Shown here piece by piece: positions 1 through 4,864 of a DNA stretch of 4,864 bases. Within the stretch, counting starts at the first letter, position 1. Each line of letters starts with the position of its first letter. The translations under genes were made by a program, and so were the position numbers. Source of the DNA: a virus (taxonomy: Duplodnaviria > Heunggongvirae > Uroviricota > Caudoviricetes); IMG/VR virus record IMGVR_UViG_2597490253_000007. One strand, 5' to 3'. The notes under the pieces were generated by a model. It saw only the letters and a list, made by a program, of their open reading frames with translations. It was not told the DNA's origin and searched no databases.

Positions 1-921
1 ACCGGGCGTCCGGCCATGCTGCATATTTTCGAGCCGGTGGAGGACGGGCAGACCCGTGGGGCTAATCAGTTTTACAGCGTCATGGAACGGCTGAAGATGC
101 TCGATTCCCTGCAGGCAACACAGCTTCAGTCGGCCATAGTGAAGGCGATGTATGCAGCGACGATTGAAAGTGAACTTGATACCGAAAAGGCCTTTGAATA
201 TATCGCCGGCGCGCCACAGGAGCAGAAGGATAATCCGCTTATTAATATTCTGGAGAAGTTTTCCAGCTGGTATGACACGAATAACGTGACACTGGGCGGT
301 GTCAAAATTCCGCACCTTTTCCCTGGTGATGATCTGAAACTACAGACTGCGCAGGATTCAGACAATGGATTTTCTGCGCTTGAACAGGCGCTGCTGCGGT
401 ATATCGCCGCCGGTCTTGGCGTTTCCTACGAACAGTTGTCCCGTGATTACTCGAAGGTCAGTTACTCAAGTGCCCGCGCCTCCGCCAATGAGTCGTGGCG
501 CTATTTTATGGGGCGGCGAAAATTTATTGCGGCCCGGCTGGCCACGCAGATGTTTTCCTGCTGGCTGGAAGAGGCACTTCTTCGGGGGATTATTCGTCCG
601 CCACGGGCACGTTTTGATTTTTATCAGGCGCGATCAGCCTGGTCACGGGCAGAGTGGATTGGTGCCGGAAGAATGGCCATTGACGGGCTCAAGGAAGTCC
701 AGGAATCAGTGATGCGCATTGAGGCCGGACTGAGCACGTATGAGAAAGAGCTGGCGCTGATGGGCGAGGATTATCAGGACATTTTCCGCCAGCAGGTCAG
801 GGAATCTGCTGAGCGGCAAAAAGCCGGACTCTCACGTCCGGTGTGGATAGAGCAGGCGTATCAGCAGCAGATAGCGGAGAGTCGTAGGCCGGAAGAGGAG
901 ACAACACCACGTGAGACGTAA
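1..921 (+). CDS. B: Phage portal protein, lambda gpB-like; C-terminal part only, 5' end lies upstream of the window
   Basis: Open frame runs from position 1 (codons 1-15 ACC GGG CGT CCG GCC carry no stop) to TAA at 919-921. It sits immediately upstream of the C-D-E homologs, as in lambda. Assignment to the lambda portal family is by gene order and recollection, not a search. The ORF-track start at 16 is only the first Met in the window. Confidence 0.85.
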   Translation, partial: TGRPAMLHIFEPVEDGQTRGANQFYSVMERLKMLDSLQATQLQSAIVKAMYAATIESELDTEKAFEYIAGAPQEQKDNPLINILEKFSSWYDTNNVTLGGVKIPHLFPGDDLKLQTAQDSDNGFSALEQALLRYIAAGLGVSYEQLSRDYSKVSYSSARASANESWRYFMGRRKFIAARLATQMFSCWLEEALLRGIIRPPRARFDFYQARSAWSRAEWIGAGRMAIDGLKEVQESVMRIEAGLSTYEKELALMGEDYQDIFRQQVRESAERQKAGLSRPVWIEQAYQQQIAESRRPEEETTPRET

Positions 922-3055
922 TCTTTCACACATTATTGCCGCAGCATTCAATGAACCGCTGCTTCTGGAGCCCGCCTATGCGCGGGTTTTCTTTTGCGCG
1001 CTCGGGCGCGAGATGGGGGCAGCAAGTCTTTCGGTACCACAACAGCAGGTACAGTTTGATGCTCCCGGAATGCTGGCTGAAACGGACGAGTACATGGCCG
1101 GAGGTAAACGACCGGCCCGTGTTTACCGGGTGGTGAACGGTATTGCTGTACTGCCGGTGACCGGCACGCTGGTGCACCGGCTGGGTGGTATGCGGCCATT
1201 TTCCGGAATGACAGGCTATGACGGCATTGTCGCCTGTCTTCAGCAGGCAATGGCGGATAGCCAGGTGCGGGGCGTACTGCTGGACATTGACAGTCCGGGC
1301 GGGCAGGCCGCCGGCGCGTTTGACTGCGCTGACATGATTTACCGCCTCCGTCAGCAGAAGCCGGTCTGGGCACTGTGCAATGACACGGCCTGTTCTGCAG
1401 CCATGCTGCTGGCGTCGGCCTGCTCCCGACGGCTGGTTACCCAGACATCCCGTATCGGCTCCATTGGCGTGATGATGAGCCATGTCAGCTATGCCGGTCA
1501 TCTGGCGCAGGCCGGTGTGGATATCACGCTGATTTACTCAGGGGCGCACAAGGTGGATGGCAATCAGTTTGAAGCGTTGCCGGCAGAGGTTCGCCAGGAC
1601 ATGCAGCAGCGGATTGATGCGGCGCGCCGGATGTTTGCCGAAAAAGTGGCGATGTTTACCGGTCTGTCTGTTGATGCCGTCACGGGAACAGAGGCTGCCG
1701 TTTTTGAAGGTCAGTCCGGCATTGAGGCCGGGCTGGCGGATGAATTAATCAATGCGTCGGATGCCATCAGTGTGATGGCCACGGCGCTGAACAGTAATGT
1801 CAGAGGAGGCACTATGCCGCAATTAACTGCAACGGAAGCCGCCGCGCAGGAGAACCAGCGAGTGATGGGGATCCTGACATGCCAGGAAGCGAAAGGACGT
1901 GAACAGCTTGCCACGATGCTGGCAGGACAACAGGGCATGAGCGTTGAACAGGCCCGGGCGATTCTGGCCGCGGCGGCACCGCAGCAGCCGGTGGCATCCA
2001 CGCAGAGTGAAGCCGATCGCATTATGGTGTGTGAAGAAGCGAACGGTCGTGAACAACTGGCGGCAACGCTGGCGGCGATGCCGGAGATGACGGTGGAAAC
2101 AGCCCGCCCGATCCTGGCTGCTTCACCGCAGGCGGATGCCGGACCATCACTCCGTGATCAGATCATGGCACTGGATGAGGCAAAAGGGGCTGAGGCGCAG
2201 GCTGAACAGCTGGCTGCCTGCCCGGGAATGACAGTGGAGAGCGCCCGGGCTGTGCTGGCTTCGGGATCAGGTAAGGCAGAACCGGTCTCTGCATCCACAA
2301 CCGCCANNNNNNNNNNAGTCACGGGAACAGAGGCCGCTGTTTTTGAAGGTCAGTCCGGCATTGAGGCCGGGCTGGCGGATGAATTAATCAATGCGTCGGA
2401 TGCCATCAGTGTGATGGCCACGGCGCTGAACAGTAATGTCAGAGGAGGCACTATGCCGCAATTAACTGCAACGGAAGCCGCCGTGCAGGAGAACCAGCGA
2501 GTGATGGGGATCCTGACATGCCAGGAAGCGAAAGGACGTGAACAGCTTGCCACGATGCTGGCAGGGCAACAGGGCATGAGCGTTGAACAGGCCCGGGCGA
2601 TTCTGGCCGCGGCGGCACCGCAGCAGCCGGTGGCATCCGCGCAGAGTGAAGCCGATCGCATTATGGCGTGTGAAGAAGCGAACGGTCGTGAACAACTGGC
2701 GGCAACGCTGGCGGCGATGCCGGAGATGACGGTGGAAAAAGCCCGCCCGATCCTGGCGGCTGCACCACTGGCGGATGCCGGGCCCTCGCTTCGTGATCAG
2801 ATCATGGCCCTGGATGAGGCAAAAGGGGCAGAAGCGCAGGCTGAAAAACTGGCGGCCTGCCCGGGAATGACCGTGGAGAACGCCCGGGCTGTGCTGGCTG
2901 CGGGATCAGGTAAGGCCGAACCGGTCTCTGCATCCACAACCGCCCTGTTTGAACATTTCATGGCGAATCATTCACCGGCAGCGGTGCGGGGTGGCGTGTC
3001 ACAGACGTCAGCAGACGGTGATGCGGACGTGAAAATGCTCATGGCCATGCCATGA
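911..3055 (+). CDS. C: Prohead (head maturation) protease, lambda gpC-like, S49/ClpP-like family, with C-terminal scaffold region; as assembled 714 aa, but interrupted by an N-gap and an in-frame 213-codon duplication, so true length is uncertain (possibly about 501 aa)
   Basis: GTG start at 911 overlaps the portal stop by 11 nt, comparable to the B/C overlap in lambda, with GAAGAGGAG at 891-899 as a possible RBS. The N-terminus (RRNLSHIIAAAFNEPLLLEPAYARVFFCAL) closely matches what I recall of lambda gpC. Likely S49 serine nucleophile context is DTACSAAMLLASA, with a conserved HKVDGN segment downstream. Stop TGA at 3053-3055. The frame passes through N(10) at 2307-2316, which is why the track shows XXXX. 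Confidence 0.85.
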   Translation: MRRNLSHIIAAAFNEPLLLEPAYARVFFCALGREMGAASLSVPQQQVQFDAPGMLAETDEYMAGGKRPARVYRVVNGIAVLPVTGTLVHRLGGMRPFSGMTGYDGIVACLQQAMADSQVRGVLLDIDSPGGQAAGAFDCADMIYRLRQQKPVWALCNDTACSAAMLLASACSRRLVTQTSRIGSIGVMMSHVSYAGHLAQAGVDITLIYSGAHKVDGNQFEALPAEVRQDMQQRIDAARRMFAEKVAMFTGLSVDAVTGTEAAVFEGQSGIEAGLADELINASDAISVMATALNSNVRGGTMPQLTATEAAAQENQRVMGILTCQEAKGREQLATMLAGQQGMSVEQARAILAAAAPQQPVASTQSEADRIMVCEEANGREQLAATLAAMPEMTVETARPILAASPQADAGPSLRDQIMALDEAKGAEAQAEQLAACPGMTVESARAVLASGSGKAEPVSASTTAXXXXVTGTEAAVFEGQSGIEAGLADELINASDAISVMATALNSNVRGGTMPQLTATEAAVQENQRVMGILTCQEAKGREQLATMLAGQQGMSVEQARAILAAAAPQQPVASAQSEADRIMACEEANGREQLAATLAAMPEMTVEKARPILAAAPLADAGPSLRDQIMALDEAKGAEAQAEKLAACPGMTVENARAVLAAGSGKAEPVSASTTALFEHFMANHSPAAVRGGVSQTSADGDADVKMLMAMP
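1679..2306 (+). repeat. Direct repeat copy 1 (628 bp), ending at the N-gap
   Basis: Sequence from gtcacgggaacagagg... to ...gcatccacaaccgcca recurs at 2318-2945 with about 25 nt differences by eye (~96% identity). Confidence 0.9.
1814..3055 (+). CDS. Putative nested scaffolding protein, lambda Nu3-like, translated in-frame from an internal start within the C-like gene and co-terminal with it; length inflated by the duplication
   Basis: Strong Shine-Dalgarno AGGAGG at 1804-1809, 4 nt upstream of ATG 1814 (MPQLTATEAA...), in the same frame as C. In lambda, Nu3 is encoded in-frame within the 3' part of C and shares its stop. The downstream sequence is Ala/Glu/Gln-rich and repetitive, typical of scaffold proteins. 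An identical RBS+ATG recurs at 2443-2448 / 2453 in the second repeat copy. Confidence 0.5.
   Translation: MPQLTATEAAAQENQRVMGILTCQEAKGREQLATMLAGQQGMSVEQARAILAAAAPQQPVASTQSEADRIMVCEEANGREQLAATLAAMPEMTVETARPILAASPQADAGPSLRDQIMALDEAKGAEAQAEQLAACPGMTVESARAVLASGSGKAEPVSASTTAXXXXVTGTEAAVFEGQSGIEAGLADELINASDAISVMATALNSNVRGGTMPQLTATEAAVQENQRVMGILTCQEAKGREQLATMLAGQQGMSVEQARAILAAAAPQQPVASAQSEADRIMACEEANGREQLAATLAAMPEMTVEKARPILAAAPLADAGPSLRDQIMALDEAKGAEAQAEKLAACPGMTVENARAVLAAGSGKAEPVSASTTALFEHFMANHSPAAVRGGVSQTSADGDADVKMLMAMP
2307..2316. other. Assembly gap (10 N) inside the C/Nu3-like coding region
   Basis: Run of n characters in the sequence; the flanks are near-identical to each other. Confidence 0.98.
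2318..2945 (+). repeat. Direct repeat copy 2 (628 bp), starting right after the N-gap
   Basis: Near-identical to 1679-2306 at an offset of exactly 639 bp (213 codons), so the reading frame is preserved. Differences are a mix of synonymous and nonsynonymous changes, concentrated in the 3' two thirds. Confidence 0.9.
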
Positions 3056-3091
3056 AGTCAGTGCTGACCATCAATATGAGGTTTTAACAAA

Positions 3092-3439
3092 ATGGTGACG
3101 AAAACCATCACTGAACAGCGTGCGGAAGTACGTATTTTTGCCGGTAATGATCCGGCTCATACCGCCACAGGCAGCAGCGGGATTTCTTCTGCAACACCGG
3201 CTCTGACGCCCCTGATGCTGGATGAAGCCACCGGGAAACTGGTGGTCTGGGATGGACAGAAAGCCGGTAGTGCGGTTGGCATACTGGTACTGCCGCTTGA
3301 AGGCACAGAGACGGTGCTGACCTATTACAAGTCGGGGACCTTTGCGACGGAGGCAATCCGCTGGCCTGACAGTGTGGATGAACACAAAAAGGCAAATGCC
3401 TTTGCCGGCACAGCCCTGAGTCACGCGGCTCTGCCGTAA
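3092..3439 (+). CDS. D: Head decoration protein, lambda gpD-like (115 aa)
   Basis: ATG at 3092 with GAGG at 3078-3081 as RBS; stop TAA 3437-3439. Size is close to lambda gpD (~110 aa). Segments such as DPAHTATG, TPLMLD, WDG, AVGIL, YKSGTF and AFAGTA match my recollection of gpD. Position between C and E is as in lambda. Confidence 0.9.
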   Translation: MVTKTITEQRAEVRIFAGNDPAHTATGSSGISSATPALTPLMLDEATGKLVVWDGQKAGSAVGILVLPLEGTETVLTYYKSGTFATEAIRWPDSVDEHKKANAFAGTALSHAALP

Positions 3440-3447
3440 CACGTTAT

Positions 3448-3467
3448 CAGGCCACCATGGTGGCCTG
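3448..3467. promoter_or_regulatory. Perfect 20-bp palindrome (CAGGCCACCATGGTGGCCTG) in the D-E intergenic region; possible RNA stem-loop or dimeric protein-binding site
   Basis: Exact reverse-complement symmetry read directly from the sequence, 9 nt after the D stop and about 30 nt before the E start. It is followed by ACTGATTTCTG, which is only weakly U-rich. Confidence 0.4.
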
Positions 3468-3496
3468 ACTGATTTCTGAATGAAAGGAACTGATTT

Positions 3497-4525
3497 ATGG
3501 GATTGTTTACGACCCGCCAGTTACTCGGTTATACCGAACAAAAAGTGAAATTCCGTGCGCTGTTTCTGGAGCTGTTTTTCCGCCGTACGGTGAATTTCCA
3601 CACCGAAGAGGTGATGCTGGACAAAATTACCGGAAAAACGCCGGTGGCGGCCTATGTCTCCCCGATCGTTGAAGGAAAAGTGCTTCGCCATCGCGGTGGT
3701 GAAACCCGCGTGTTACGTCCGGGCTACGTCAAGCCGAAACACGAATTTAATTACCAGCAGGCGGTTGAGCGCCTTCCTGGTGAAGATCCGGCTCAGCTGA
3801 ACGACCCGGCCTACCGTCGTCTGCGTATCATTACCGATAACCTCAAACAGGAAGAGCACGCCATTGTCCAGGTGGAAGAAATGCAGGCGGTGAATGCCGT
3901 GCTGTATGGCAAATACACCATGGAAGGGGATCAGTTTGATACTGTCGAGGTGGATTTCGGGCGCTCTGAAGGAAATAACATTGAGCAGGCTGACGGTAAA
4001 AAATGGTCTGAGCAGGACCGTGATACGTTTGATCCGACGCATGATATTGACCTCTACTGCGATCAGGCCAGCGGCCTTGTGAATATCGCCATTATGGACG
4101 GTACGGTCTGGCGTCTGCTGAATGGCTTTAAGCTGTTCCGCGAAAAACTGGATACCCGTCGCGGCTCAAATTCACAACTCGAAACGGCAGTGAAAGATCT
4201 GGGCGCAGTGGTGTCCTTCAAGGGGTATTACGGCGATCTGGCCATTGTGGTGGCGAAAACGTCTTATGTGGCAGAGGACGGTACCGAAAAACGTTATCTG
4301 CCGGAGGGCATGCTGGTGTTGGGGAATACGGCGGCAGAGGGGATTCGTTGCTATGGTGCCATTAAGGATGCACAGGCGTTGTCTGAAGGAGTGGTGGCTT
4401 CTTCCCGTTACCCGAAACACTGGCTGACCGTGGGCGATCCGTCCTGTGAATTCACCATGACGCAGTCCGCTCCGCTGATGGTGCTGCCGGATCCGGATGA
4501 GTTTGTGGTGGTACAGGTGAAATAA
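3497..4525 (+). CDS. E: Major capsid protein, lambda gpE-like (342 aa)
   Basis: ATG at 3497 with AAGGA at 3484-3488 as RBS; stop TAA 4523-4525. Length (342 aa) is about that of lambda gpE, and many segments (YVSPIV, PGYVKPKHE, DPAYRR, VEEMQAV, KLDTRRGSNS, LETAVKDLG, MVLGNT, TMTQSAPLM, PDPDEF) match my recollection of gpE. Confidence 0.95.
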   Translation: MGLFTTRQLLGYTEQKVKFRALFLELFFRRTVNFHTEEVMLDKITGKTPVAAYVSPIVEGKVLRHRGGETRVLRPGYVKPKHEFNYQQAVERLPGEDPAQLNDPAYRRLRIITDNLKQEEHAIVQVEEMQAVNAVLYGKYTMEGDQFDTVEVDFGRSEGNNIEQADGKKWSEQDRDTFDPTHDIDLYCDQASGLVNIAIMDGTVWRLLNGFKLFREKLDTRRGSNSQLETAVKDLGAVVSFKGYYGDLAIVVAKTSYVAEDGTEKRYLPEGMLVLGNTAAEGIRCYGAIKDAQALSEGVVASSRYPKHWLTVGDPSCEFTMTQSAPLMVLPDPDEFVVVQVK

Positions 4526-4533
4526 TCCGTGAG

Positions 4534-4562
4534 CGGGGGCGAAATGCCCCCGTGTCTTTTTT
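4534..4562 (+). terminator. Putative rho-independent terminator (or partial terminator/attenuator) between E and FI
   Basis: GC-rich hairpin CGGGGGC (4534-4540), loop GAAAT, GCCCCCG (4546-4552), followed by TGTC and then TTTTTT at 4557-4562, beginning 9 nt after the E stop codon. Confidence 0.6.
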
Positions 4563-4576
4563 CACAGGAGGCTGAG

Positions 4577-4864
4577 ATGGCAACAAAAGAAGAAAATCTG
4601 AATCGTCTTCGTCAACTGGCTGACCTGCTGGGGCGCGAGGCGGATATGTCGGGGAGTGCTGCGGATATTGCTCAACGTGTGTCTGAGTGGGAAGAGGAGC
4701 TTGCTGTTTCCCCGGAGGGCATTATGCACTCTGATGAGAGCGGGGCTGATCAAAATCACACAGACGATGGTGAGCAGTTGAACAACACGGATGCTCCGGA
4801 TGATGTTAAAGCCGTCCGGGTACGGAAGTGCCTGCAAGTAATGGGGTATTGCCCGGAGACAGGT
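4577..4864 (+). CDS. FI: FI-like DNA-packaging/head assembly protein, N-terminal part (3' end beyond the window)
   Basis: ATG at 4577 preceded by AGGAGG at 4566-4571 (5-nt spacing); open for 96 codons to the window end. The N-terminus MATKEENLNRLRQLADLLGRE...AQRVSEWEEEL resembles what I recall of lambda gpFI, and the gene follows E as in lambda. Absent from the ORF track because no stop falls within the window. Confidence 0.6.
   Translation, partial: MATKEENLNRLRQLADLLGREADMSGSAADIAQRVSEWEEELAVSPEGIMHSDESGADQNHTDDGEQLNNTDAPDDVKAVRVRKCLQVMGYCPETG

Noticed and set aside
365-712. Plus-strand 115-aa ORF in an alternative frame inside the portal gene
   Set aside because: Embedded out of frame within the portal gene; composition is Pro/Arg/Gly-rich and low-complexity, typical of an off-frame artefact.
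926-1501. Minus-strand ORFs (191 aa and 141 aa, 948-1373) antisense to the 5' part of the C-like gene
   Set aside because: They lie wholly antisense to a protease domain I am confident of, their translations are Arg/Pro/Cys/His-rich as expected from reading a GC-rich gene in a wrong frame, and there is no RBS context.
1711-2695. Paired minus-strand ORFs (103, 61 and 77 aa) appearing twice, at 1711-2056 and 2350-2695
   Set aside because: They are antisense shadows of the duplicated scaffold region and occur twice only because the underlying DNA is duplicated; no independent coding evidence.
1679-2945. Possibility that the direct repeats are a CRISPR array or mobile-element terminal repeats
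   Set aside because: The repeat unit is 628 bp of coding sequence with the frame preserved, not short repeats with unique spacers, and no transposase or integrase is present; a duplication or assembly overlap explains it better.
3057-3068. Small inverted repeat GTCAG-TG-CTGAC just after the C stop
   Set aside because: 5-bp stem with a 2-nt loop is sterically implausible and is expected by chance; not reported as a feature.
3071-3442. Minus-strand ORFs (123 aa and 95 aa) antisense to the D-like gene
   Set aside because: They overlap the D-like gene completely; the + strand reading is the one supported by RBS, size and gene order.
3713-4420. Minus-strand ORFs (109 aa, 82 aa) and small plus-strand off-frame ORFs (62 aa, 60 aa) inside the major capsid gene
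   Set aside because: All lie within the E-like gene; none has start context and none resembles a known protein.
4562-4837. Minus-strand 91-aa ORF overlapping the FI-like gene
   Set aside because: The + strand frame has a strong AGGAGG RBS, an FI-like N-terminus and the expected position after E; the antisense ORF has no such support.
1-4864. Search for a defence system, toxin-antitoxin pair or moron gene in this window
   Set aside because: No unassigned intergenic space or ORF with a plausible start remains once the five head genes are placed.

Overview
This window is the central part of a lambda-like (lambdoid) phage or prophage head-morphogenesis operon, all on the + strand: the 3' end of the portal gene (B-like), a prohead protease gene (C-like, S49 family) with an in-frame nested scaffold (Nu3-like) region, the head decoration gene (D-like), the major capsid gene (E-like), and the 5' end of an FI-like gene. 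Gene calls rest on my recollection of the lambda protein sequences, on gene order and on start/RBS/stop context read from the sequence; no searches were run. I do not see a novel defence or other undescribed system here: all substantial coding capacity is accounted for by canonical head genes. The points worth a second look are structural: (1) a run of 10 N (2307-2316) inside the C-like gene, flanked by two ~96%-identical 628-bp direct repeats at an in-frame 639-bp offset, so the 714-aa ORF is probably not a reliable gene model; (2) a roughly 47-aa motif present three times in tandem within each copy of the scaffold region; (3) a strong internal AGGAGG-ATG start consistent with a nested scaffold protein; (4) a perfect 20-bp palindrome between D and E; (5) an intrinsic terminator between E and FI.
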